Shown here in pieces: positions 10,201 to 18,381 of a DNA stretch of 31,436 nucleotides (positions are counted from its first letter, which is position 1; each line of letters starts with the position of its first letter). Source of the stretch: Candidatus Pacearchaeota archaeon (GTDB lineage: Archaea; Nanobdellota; Nanobdellia; Pacearchaeales; GW2011-AR1). Below the pieces are notes generated by a model that was not told the origin of the DNA, did not search any database, and worked only from the letters and a program-made list of their open reading frames with translations. Made by a program: the position numbers and the translations under genes. The stretch spans positions 1-31,436 of the forward strand of contig JAPLYA010000141.1 in the NCBI GenBank assembly GCA_026395775.1. Reading direction: 5' to 3'.

Positions 10201-11535
10201 ATGGGGCTCGAACAGACGTATGAGTATTTAGTAGGCGAAAGAATAATAGGGCTCGACCAAGAAGGAAGAGTAGCGCCCTTGCAAAAAGGGGAAAAAGAAA
10301 ACATTGAAAATCTTTCAAATAAAGAACGTGCACTTCGTTTTAACGGATTTGTGATAACTGATGAACGGGGGAACATAGTATTTGAAGATAGAAAAAGATA
10401 TGCACAGCACTTTTTCCCATTGTCTGTTATAGATTATGCAAAAGCAATGTATAATTTTGAGAGACATAAAAAACCAATTCCAATTCTTTCTGTAGACAGT
10501 CATGATGTATTGCAATGTGATTTTAAGTGCCAGGATTGTTTGTCCGCTCATGGAACAAATTTTCCTGTAAAACAATTTCCTAAAGACAATTTTAGGATGG
10601 ATTTAGAAACATATAAACAAATGTTAAAAGAAATTGCAGGCTACTCTGAAAAAAGAGGATTCAGAGGAGTAAGATTTGAACAATCCGGAGAAGGTAATCC
10701 TGATTATTATAAGCATAGACAAGAGATTTTAAGGTATGCCAAAGAATTGGGGATGCAAAGTGTATATGTTAGTGCTGGAAGTAAAATAAACGATCCTCTC
10801 ATGAACTCATTGGTAAAAAATGCTTCCTTTATTAGAATCAGTTTTCCAGGAATTTGGGAAGCATATAAACATTATTCCGGGCAGGGGGAGTTTACATTTA
10901 CAGATGCGATGGATGGGTTAGGCAGGATTGTTGAAGAAAGAGACAGGCAAGGAAGAAGGAGAGACTTAATGATTGGTGCAAGAGCAGCATTACGTGCTGA
11001 ACATAGTGATACTTATTTTAATTTTGCTAATAGACTAAAAGATCTGGGAATTGATTCCTTGTAGATTGTAAAAATACTCGTACCTGAAGGTAGGAAGCCC
11101 TCTGATTTCCCAGTAAGTTCTAGAGATATTCATGATTTGGAAGAAACTGAAACTTTAGACGATGCTAATTTTAATGTAAGTATTCCTCATGGATTAGACT
11201 CCATGGTTTACTCAAGAGAAATAGAAAATCGAGCCAAATTTCCAACACAGTGTTTTAGCGCAAGGTTTCAACCAGTTTTAGCTGGAAGAAGTTTATTTGT
11301 GTGTACTATTAGCGATATAATGTATTCTTACAATTTAAGACTTGGTACTTTTACAAATGAGGATGGAGAATTAGAAAGATTTTTATCTAAAGAGAATTTA
11401 GAAAGAGTTACTGAAGGAATACCTTTTCAATGTAAAAGTTGTTCAAATATATATGATAATGTGCTGTTATTTTCATTACAAAACCTATTTAGGGCAAATC
11501 CTCAAAAATTAAACTTTTATGAGATTATAAAATGA
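10201..11535 (+). pseudogene. Radical SAM enzyme with SPASM/twitch-like C-terminus, split by one in-frame TAG (11062-11064)
   Basis: CxxxCxxC = CDFKCQDC, QSGEGNP, FIRISF. Frame stays open after the TAG (DSL*IVKILVPEGRKP...) into ORF 11137-11535 with CFSARF...FVC...CKSC. Read-through length 444 aa. Confidence 0.8.
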
Positions 11536-12320
11536 AAGAATACAAATTTAATATAAGTATTACTGAAAAATGCAATTTGCGTTGTCCTCATTGTTACACA
11601 AGGAATAAACAGGGTTCTTTAACTATGGGGGAAGTGGATACTATAATTGGAAATTTAGAAGACGGATTAACAAGACTAAAAATAGAAGGGGGAGAACCTT
11701 ATTCTGAAAGAGAACTTTTTTACTACGCTATTCAACAATTTAAGCAGAGATTTCCGGAAGCTGAAATAAGAGCAAATTCAAATGGTGTGGCTTTTTATAA
11801 AGATAAGAGCACCATTATACAAGAAGCTGATAAACTCTATTCCTTGGGAGTTAGAAGATTAAGGATTTCTTTAGATAAATTTCATGAAGATGGTGGAGCT
11901 GATCTTGAGAAAGTAGTATCTATACAAAAAGTCCTGAAAGAAATAGAGCATCCATTAGATGTGAAATATATGTCTTTGACACAAGCATTGGCAATAGGAA
12001 CTGCAGAAGATTTACCGCAAGAACAGAAAGAAATAAGAAATTGTATGAATAATCCAGGATGTTTAGATAATCCTTATTTTTTTACAGACATAAAAGGGAA
12101 TTTATACACTTGTTGCTGGAGGCTAATCCCCCCTATAGGAAATTTACTTCAATCAAGACTTGGGGACTTATACAATAATATGAATGAGATGCAGAGGAAA
12201 CTACTTTCTGGAGAGGTGAGATTTTTAGCAACAGATCCTCATTTATTAAAAGTGGCTGAAGACTTAGGAGAGTGCATGCTTTGCAAGGAGGTTTTTAGAA
12301 GTTGCAGGGAAAATGAATAG
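11532..12320 (+). CDS. Radical SAM enzyme with short Cys-rich (twitch/SPASM-like) C-terminus
   Basis: CNLRCPHC, IEGGEP, NSNG, LRISLDKFH, then CMNNPGC...GNLYTCCW...CMLC; ATGA overlap with the upstream gene. Confidence 0.9.
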   Translation: MKEYKFNISITEKCNLRCPHCYTRNKQGSLTMGEVDTIIGNLEDGLTRLKIEGGEPYSERELFYYAIQQFKQRFPEAEIRANSNGVAFYKDKSTIIQEADKLYSLGVRRLRISLDKFHEDGGADLEKVVSIQKVLKEIEHPLDVKYMSLTQALAIGTAEDLPQEQKEIRNCMNNPGCLDNPYFFTDIKGNLYTCCWRLIPPIGNLLQSRLGDLYNNMNEMQRKLLSGEVRFLATDPHLLKVAEDLGECMLCKEVFRSCRENE

Positions 12321-13000
12321 AAAACTTTTTTTTAAAACTCCTGAAGATAAGCTTAGAGTCTTTCAAAAACCAAGATTAATAATGTTTTCAGAAGGATCTG
12401 AAGTAGAAAGCTGGGCTAATACCCAACCTCTTTACTTTTACCCATTTAGTTGGCAATGATTTAAGATTATTATCTGGTTTACCAAGGAATCAGATTTTGT
12501 CTTGCATTAAATTATATGTTGGAGATGGTTGTGACTATAGAGATATAGCATTGCAAGCTCGAGAGATGGGCTTTGATTTTCTTCATGTTGCCAAAAGGCT
12601 CATAAGTAACCGAGAAAACCCAAGAATATCTGAAGATGAGAGAGACAAAATATTAAAATTATACGAACTTGAATCTAATCAATTTAGAGTTATAACTCCT
12701 TCTTCATTAGAACAAAGGTTTGCAAAACGATTCATAATAACTCCTAGACTGGGAAATGTTTCTTCTTGTGATTTTTCAAAATATAGGTTAGTTTTAAATG
12801 GAGATAATCTTTATCCTTGTTATACTCAGCACATCTTAGCCCTAGATGGAGTTAGGAAAGAGGATACTGTAAATAATCCCGAGCATTGTTTAGATTGTGC
12901 TTGTATTTATGAAAATGATATGCTTAATGATATTGAAACCAAAATGAGAAGATATAAAAATCCTGGTTTTGCTCTAGAATATGTAGAAAATGGAAAATAA
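12313..13000 (+). pseudogene. Probable frameshifted radical-SAM/SPASM-like protein (no CxxxCxxC seen)
   Basis: ATG 12313 overlaps the upstream stop and reads about 48 codons to a stop near 12457. A second frame is open from about 12407 through ORF 12497-13000 (CDFSKYRLVLNGDNLYPCY...CLDCACIYEND), similar in Cys spacing to the C-terminus of 10201-11535. A frameshift between about 12407 and 12459 would join them. Confidence 0.6.
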
Positions 13001-13445
13001 TAAATTTGGACTTGGAGTAATAGTATGCATCTTTAATAGAGACTTCTCTCAGATATTTCTTCTAAAAAGAAACAAAGCGAAAAGAGATCTAAACAAAGCC
13101 GATTGGGGAAATGTTGGAGGAAGAGTGGAATGGGGGGAAAAATTAGTTGACGCTTGTGTAAGAGAAGTAAAAGAAGAAAGTGGAATTGATTTGGACCCAA
13201 AACAACTAAAACTTTTGAATATTAAAGAAATAACAGAAAATCCAATTGCCCCAACAGTTCATTTTTTACAGTTCATCTATGCTGCAAAGATAGATAAAAT
13301 CGAAGAAATACTTTTAAATGAAGAATCAGAAGAATATGGGTGGTTTAATTTAAAAGAGTTACCAGATAAAACTCTTGATCAAAAAGAAGACTTAATTAAA
13401 CTAAGCATTGCTGCGAAAAAGAAGTTCTCGGAAGATGAAAACTGA
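12990..13445 (+). CDS. Nudix hydrolase
   Basis: Nudix box GGRVEWGEKLVDACVREVKEESG. Confidence 0.92.
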   Translation: MENNKFGLGVIVCIFNRDFSQIFLLKRNKAKRDLNKADWGNVGGRVEWGEKLVDACVREVKEESGIDLDPKQLKLLNIKEITENPIAPTVHFLQFIYAAKIDKIEEILLNEESEEYGWFNLKELPDKTLDQKEDLIKLSIAAKKKFSEDEN

Positions 13446-14235
13446 AGATTTAAAAAAAACAGATAATCCCAATTTTGTTCATTCCCCCCTTAGATATCCC
13501 GGTAATCAGATTTATGCTCTTGATACGCTTTTATCACTTATTCCCGAACACAGATACTATGCTGAGCCCTTTTGTGGAGGCGCTTCGACATTTTTTGGAA
13601 AACCAAAAGCAGAAGGTAACTGGCTGAATGATGTAGATAGGGAACTGATAGAAACTTATATCGCTATAAGAGACCAACCAGAAAAACTTTTTGCTGCTTT
13701 AACTGGAGAAGAAATTTCTGAAAAAAGATATAATCATTTTAAAACAGGATTTACGCCAAGAAATGGTTTTGAGACAGCAGTGAGATGGTTTTATTTAAAC
13801 AGAACTTCTCGTTTAGAAACAATGAGCCGGTATTGGGAGTATGATAATAAAATAACCAGTCTACCGGTAGATTGGAGCAATATTATTTTGGGATGTTCCA
13901 AAAAATTGCAAGGTGTAAGGTTAACTTCTGGAGATTTTGGAGATGTCTTAGATAAAGTTCCCGAGGAGGCATTTTTATTTATAGCACCACCCTACTCTAT
14001 ACATCACTCTTCAGCCCAGAACAGATTGCATAAATACCCTTTTGAAAGAGAAGCTCACTTTAGGCTTGCCAATGCATTAAAATTATTAGATGGAAAAGTA
14101 AAATTTTTGGTTGTATATAATGAAAATGAGGAATTAAGAAGTATGTATTCTTGGGGCGAGCATATTGTAATATCTAACTTACCTAACAAATCTCCGCAAA
14201 AAGAAGAGATTGTGATTATGAATTATAAACTCTAA
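13435..14235 (+). CDS. D12/Dam-family adenine methyltransferase-fold protein with altered catalytic motif
   Basis: SPLRYPGNQ (family YPGGK), EPFCGGAS motif I, LNDVD, WFYLNRTS, but motif IV is FIAPPY instead of DPPY. ATG 13435 preferred over TTG 13408. Confidence 0.85.
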   Translation: MKTEDLKKTDNPNFVHSPLRYPGNQIYALDTLLSLIPEHRYYAEPFCGGASTFFGKPKAEGNWLNDVDRELIETYIAIRDQPEKLFAALTGEEISEKRYNHFKTGFTPRNGFETAVRWFYLNRTSRLETMSRYWEYDNKITSLPVDWSNIILGCSKKLQGVRLTSGDFGDVLDKVPEEAFLFIAPPYSIHHSSAQNRLHKYPFEREAHFRLANALKLLDGKVKFLVVYNENEELRSMYSWGEHIVISNLPNKSPQKEEIVIMNYKL

Positions 14236-14246
14236 AACAGAATAAA

Positions 14247-14801
14247 ATGGCAAAAAATAATTTATTTATGGTTGGTAGTGCTAAGGGCGTCGGGAAAACA
14301 AGATTAACATTAGATATATCTTCTGATTTAGGATTAGCAAGAATAGAAACTGGAAAAGTTGTATTTGATTATGTTTTTCAAGGATTACCTTTAGAGGGAT
14401 TAACAGATTATATAACTGGAGAAATTTTATCTCAGAACCGAAATCTTATTTTAGATACCCATTATGCTAGATACTCTGATAAAGAAGAGCCAAATAAACA
14501 ATTTAGAAGAGGGCTTGAGTCGGAAGATTTAGAGAGACTATTAGAAAAATTTAACATATTTCCTTGTCTTGTTGAAGTTCCACTATGCGAGCTTGAGCAA
14601 AGAAGAAAAAATGATCCAAAAAAGAGAGTAATCAATCCTTTTTATATTATGCAAGAAGTTGAATTTAATCGCAAGGGTTACGAACTTTATCTTCGAGAAG
14701 TTAATCAAAAACCATTTGTTTTAATTAATGATTTTTATACCAATGCTAGAAATAACTTATCTAAATGGATAACTGAAAATAATGGAGTTCAAAATGGATG
14801 A
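14247..14801 (+). CDS. P-loop nucleoside-monophosphate kinase, archaeal adenylate-kinase-like
   Basis: N-terminal P-loop GSAKGVGKT, LILDTHY (DTH as in archaeal AdkA), RRKND lid-like segment. Confidence 0.75.
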   Translation: MAKNNLFMVGSAKGVGKTRLTLDISSDLGLARIETGKVVFDYVFQGLPLEGLTDYITGEILSQNRNLILDTHYARYSDKEEPNKQFRRGLESEDLERLLEKFNIFPCLVEVPLCELEQRRKNDPKKRVINPFYIMQEVEFNRKGYELYLREVNQKPFVLINDFYTNARNNLSKWITENNGVQNG

Positions 14802-15246
14802 AAAAAGATTTGGTTTAGGTACTGTTCTTTATGTATTTAGTCAAGATTTATCTAGGGTTTTGCTTCTGAAATTAAATGAACATAAAAGAGTTAAGTTTGG
14901 CGCGGATTGGGGAAATGTTGGAGGAAAAATAAATCTTGGAGAAACATCCTTGGAGAATTGTATAAGGGAATCTGGAGAAGAGATTGGAGTAAGATTTGAA
15001 CCACGAGATTTAAGATTATTATATGTGAAAGAAATTCCCAATTTCTTTAATAAGGTTCATGCAGTACAATTTGTATATGGGGCTGCTTTGGATGAACAAA
15101 CACCCATAATTTTAGGTAAAGAGCTAGAATCTTATCGATGGTTTGATTTGTCTAAATTACCTGAGAGAACATTAGACACTCAAGAGGATTTTTATTATGC
15201 TCTAAGTCAGCTCAGAAATTCATTCAAGGCTTCAGCAAACTTGTAA
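14782..15246 (+). CDS. Nudix hydrolase, paralog of 12990-13445
   Basis: GGKINLGETSLENCIRESGEEIG; shares FGLG, ADWGNVGG and QF(I/V)Y(A/G)A and LP(D/E)(K/R)TLD with the first Nudix. Start could be 14794. Confidence 0.9.
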   Translation: MEFKMDEKRFGLGTVLYVFSQDLSRVLLLKLNEHKRVKFGADWGNVGGKINLGETSLENCIRESGEEIGVRFEPRDLRLLYVKEIPNFFNKVHAVQFVYGAALDEQTPIILGKELESYRWFDLSKLPERTLDTQEDFYYALSQLRNSFKASANL

Positions 15247-15315
15247 GCTTATTATACAATTCACTTATTAGTTAAGTGACCCCTGAACCTCAGCTTCGGT
15301 AAGGTTTTTATGGAA

Positions 15316-15363
15316 TTAACCTTAGGTAACAACGCCCCTAGTAGATATTTAACCTTAGGTTAA
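15316..15363. promoter_or_regulatory. Pair of near-palindromic TTAACCTTAGGT boxes (possible operator)
   Basis: Identical 12-mers at 15316-15327 and 15349-15360, 33 bp apart; the second extends to TTAACCT-T-AGGTTAA. Confidence 0.35.
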
Positions 15364-15477
15364 GGTTCTCCCATTAAAAATCAAGATTTAAAATTTACCC
15401 AGAATAAGTCCACTTAATACACCAGAGAAACTCCTTAGAAATATTTTTATACTAACTCTCTCTGTTCTTAATATCAA

Positions 15478-15590
15478 AAAAACAATGGGGCACCGCACCT
15501 TAAAAGGTGCGGTTTGTAAAGCCCCTTGTTTTTAGGATGCTCAAAAAAATCTGACGTTGTGAGGCAACGTCTACAGCTTAAAAGCTGTAG
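15478..15590 (+). other. Non-coding multi-hairpin element (candidate ncRNA or non-autonomous IS200/IS605-type relic)
   Basis: accgcacct-TAAA-aggtgcggt (15492-15513) nested in ggggc/gcccc and aacaa/ttgtt; gacgttg-tgagg-caacgtc (15553-15571); ctacagct-TAAA-agctgtag (15571-15590). TATA-like tttttata at 15444-15451 and T-tract at 15591-15599. Confidence 0.65.
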
Positions 15591-15712
15591 TTTATTTTTC
15601 TGACATGAAAATGTGGGGGTGTTTGATTTTGTTCTTATTTATCCTATTGAAGCTAAATGTCCTTTGAAGAACTGTTAGAAAGATTTATAAATAGTAACTT
15701 GATAGTAGTAAA

Positions 15713-16273
15713 ATGATGAGATTAAAAGGTTTGGGAAAAATAATTGCAACTGGCTTATTTGGAATTTCTGATTTGGCTGGCTTAGCTGGATGTAGTCGTA
15801 TGATGTCTAGTATTCCAGCTGATGAAGAAGTGGAAAGAAGCGGGAATATTCCGTATCGCAAACTTGGAGCGATGGAGCCCTCCATCAGAGCTATCGAATC
15901 TGGAAAGCATTTAGTAAGGTGTCCTGATAATGAGGAGATGATTATTTTAGCACCATCTAACTCAGCAGTTGATTTTAAAAATGTTTATATTGTCAATGAG
16001 AAAAGAGACAGATTATATTGGTATGTTAAAGATGGAAACTGGCAAGAGGGGATGTCCCTGGAATGGATGCCTATACCGCTGGAAATCCATAGAAGTGTGT
16101 ATTCTTCTAGTAAGAGACTAGATATTCCGTCCTTGAGATTGAAAATAAAAAAACCTTTTTTAAATGAAAAATACCTTCTTTTTATGGAGTATAAAAATGG
16201 GGAAAAACTAATTGAGAGAGAGTATGAGGAGTCGAATGCCAATCCAGCAAATTGCCAGATGAATTGCAAATAA
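15713..16273 (+). CDS. Hypothetical lipoprotein-like protein
   Basis: Basic N-terminus, weakly hydrophobic stretch, LAGC lipobox-like motif; leader nearly identical to that of 16795. Confidence 0.7.
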   Translation: MMRLKGLGKIIATGLFGISDLAGLAGCSRMMSSIPADEEVERSGNIPYRKLGAMEPSIRAIESGKHLVRCPDNEEMIILAPSNSAVDFKNVYIVNEKRDRLYWYVKDGNWQEGMSLEWMPIPLEIHRSVYSSSKRLDIPSLRLKIKKPFLNEKYLLFMEYKNGEKLIEREYEESNANPANCQMNCK

Positions 16274-16275
16274 AA

Positions 16276-16776
16276 ATGAGCAAATTAAAAAATTTAGCTA
16301 AAAATATTCTATCCCTAGCTGGAACTTTAGCCTTATCTGCTTGTGCTAGAGCTCCGGGTGTTGAATATAGGGAAGATGTTCCTGGGATAACAACTGAAAT
16401 AAGAAGAAATTTTCCCATTGAATCAACTTCTCCTTTAGAGAGCAAAACCTTAGAATTTACATTTTATATGGATGAAGCCCATAATATTGAAGATCCCTCT
16501 TTGGAACTCTTAAATGGAAATCAAGCTGATGTGAAAGTTGATTCTTCTGCATACAGAGACCCCTGTACTGTGGAAGTTTTGTCAAAATTTGGAAAAGTGT
16601 TATATAAAAATAATTTTGCCCCTAGTTTTATGATTCTAAGCGATCCTCCAATAATGCAAGATTATTCACAGGTTTCATTAAGGGTTCCTTTCTCAAAAGA
16701 TGCAAGATATGTTGCTGTTTATCATAACGGAAGAAGAAAGGCAAAAGTAAATATACCTAGAATTATTAAGGAATAA
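16276..16776 (+). CDS. Hypothetical lipoprotein-like protein
   Basis: MSKLKNLAKNILSLAGTLALSAC leader (ATG 16276, 2 nt after upstream stop); C-terminal F.P.F.ILSDPP...PFS.DA domain shared with 17041-17850. Confidence 0.75.
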   Translation: MSKLKNLAKNILSLAGTLALSACARAPGVEYREDVPGITTEIRRNFPIESTSPLESKTLEFTFYMDEAHNIEDPSLELLNGNQADVKVDSSAYRDPCTVEVLSKFGKVLYKNNFAPSFMILSDPPIMQDYSQVSLRVPFSKDARYVAVYHNGRRKAKVNIPRIIKE

Positions 16777-16794
16777 TATTTAATAAAGATAAAA

Positions 16795-17037
16795 ATGAAA
16801 AAATTAAAAGGTTTGGGGAAAATAATTACAGTTAGTTTAATTGGAATAACCAGTCTTGTTTCCTTGGGGGACTGCGGTTTTAGTAAGTCCTGGCCTCCGT
16901 TTCCTCAACTTCCACCCGATATTATCTATCAGAAACCAGAGGAAGTAGTTAAAAAAAATGCTGAGACGAAATATATCCGATACTATGATAATCAATTCGA
17001 TTTTGAGTCAAATCGGGAACAAAATAATTTGCAATAA
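16795..17037 (+). CDS. Short lipoprotein-like hypothetical protein
   Basis: MKKLKGLGKII...LGDC; 80 aa, taaaaATG context like neighbours. Confidence 0.6.
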   Translation: MKKLKGLGKIITVSLIGITSLVSLGDCGFSKSWPPFPQLPPDIIYQKPEEVVKKNAETKYIRYYDNQFDFESNREQNNLQ

Positions 17038-17040
17038 AAA

Positions 17041-17850
17041 ATGATTCAAAAAAGAGGGGTGTTTAGTTTGAATTGCTGGAAAATATTAGGTATCCCCATA
17101 TTGTTTATTCTATTGATTAATACTGTTTATGCTGAAAAGATTATTAATACCAAATTAAGTATCGCAAGACTTAATCCCGAAATTCTAAATGATTATGTTC
17201 AAAATTATCCTGTTGGAAAACTTGTTTTTAATGATTTTTCAGTTAATTTTCTTGAAATAAAAATGGAAGATGGTTTCTATGAGCTAAATTCATCTAGCAA
17301 GGAATTATTTGAAGCAAGACTAATGAGCTCTAGAAAAAAACAACTTTATTCTATCTCTTTTTATCCCGACTTCACGATTTTGTCTGATCCCCCAATTGAG
17401 TTAAATGAAACTGTTGTAGAACTTAATTTCCCCTACTCCTTGGATGCAAAATATATAGAAATTTATTATAAAAATATTAAAAAATTAAGTGTCGATATAA
17501 GCAAGCAATTATGTAACAAAAATAAAAAATGTGATGGCAATGAGAATTATCTTTCTTGTCCTGGTGAATGCAAATTTTATTCTAATGATAGTTTATGTCT
17601 TAATGTGAAAGATTGGTTTAATCTCTCTTTAGAATACTGGGGAGATAATTATTGCGACAGAGATTGCTATAATGATGATGACTGCTTTAAGGCGAACTGC
17701 AATGATGGCAAGAAAAATGGAAATGAGACAGGGATTGATTGTGGCAAGGTTTGCTTTAACACTTGCAAATATCCGAATAAGATAATCACTGGAATGTCTG
17801 TTTATGAAGAAAGAGAGGGGTTTTGGGCCAAATTTCGGAATTTTTTTTAA
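17041..17850 (+). CDS. Secreted protein with Cys-rich C-terminal region
   Basis: Signal peptide ending VYA; ILSDPP domain; CNKNKKCDGNENYLSCPGEC, DNYCDRDC, NGNETGIDCG motifs. Confidence 0.8.
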   Translation: MIQKRGVFSLNCWKILGIPILFILLINTVYAEKIINTKLSIARLNPEILNDYVQNYPVGKLVFNDFSVNFLEIKMEDGFYELNSSSKELFEARLMSSRKKQLYSISFYPDFTILSDPPIELNETVVELNFPYSLDAKYIEIYYKNIKKLSVDISKQLCNKNKKCDGNENYLSCPGECKFYSNDSLCLNVKDWFNLSLEYWGDNYCDRDCYNDDDCFKANCNDGKKNGNETGIDCGKVCFNTCKYPNKIITGMSVYEEREGFWAKFRNFF

Positions 17851-17951
17851 TAAGTTTGTTTAGAAGTTTAGATATAAACAACCGATAGATTTATTTATAA
17901 GAATCTTTTATTAAAACAGTGAATCGTAAAGCCCGGGGATGAAGGATAAAA

Positions 17952-18194
17952 ATGATAATACCGCTTGACTTGAATGCATATAACGGAGCATTGAGATTAG
18001 CCCAGATTACAGGTTCGCGTATTGAGCATGGGTTCGAGACTCTTGAGAATTTACAAAAGCAGATAAATAAAGATAGAGAAGAAATTATTAAGCTTGCTGA
18101 ACAAGATCATAATCAGGTTGATAGATATTGGTGCATATACAGACAAGAATCAGCAAGATTTGAAAGATTGGTAAGAGAAAAGTTAAGGGTTTAA
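17952..18194 (+). CDS. Hypothetical protein (helical, 80 aa)
   Basis: ORF with aaaaATG context and charged composition; no family recognised. Confidence 0.55.
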   Translation: MIIPLDLNAYNGALRLAQITGSRIEHGFETLENLQKQINKDREEIIKLAEQDHNQVDRYWCIYRQESARFERLVREKLRV

Positions 18195-18320
18195 TAAAGT
18201 TATAATTATAGAGTAGTGACAAAAAAGAAAGGTTTAAAAAGTGGGGAAATATCACAAATCAGAAAAGCTTTGATAAAATTCAGTGTATAATTGAGGACAA
18301 CAAACCTTAAAAATACTGAA

Positions 18321-18373
18321 TTATAAATCATATTAGCCAATTAAGGCCGGCTTTAATTAAATTTAACAGGAGG
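18321..18373 (+). promoter_or_regulatory. TATA box, 20-bp near-palindrome and Shine-Dalgarno upstream of 18382
   Basis: ttataaat 18321-18328; aattaa-g-gccggc-t-ttaatt 18339-18358 (one mismatched pair); AGGAGG 18368-18373, 8 nt before ATG. Confidence 0.55.
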
Positions 18374-18381
18374 TTAAACAA

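Noticed and set aside
10201-12320. Calling either radical SAM a viperin, MoaA, PqqE or RiPP maturase
   Set aside because: Only generic CxxxCxxC and C-terminal Cys motifs are visible; no precursor peptide or cofactor-pathway genes nearby; needs profile searches.
13435-14235. Type II restriction-modification system
   Set aside because: No endonuclease-like neighbour and the catalytic motif is altered.
15477-15599. Hairpins as simple intrinsic terminators of the rSAM operon
   Set aside because: They start about 230 nt after the last stop, form a nested three-stem unit with repeated loops and have their own TATA-like box; kept as a separate finding.
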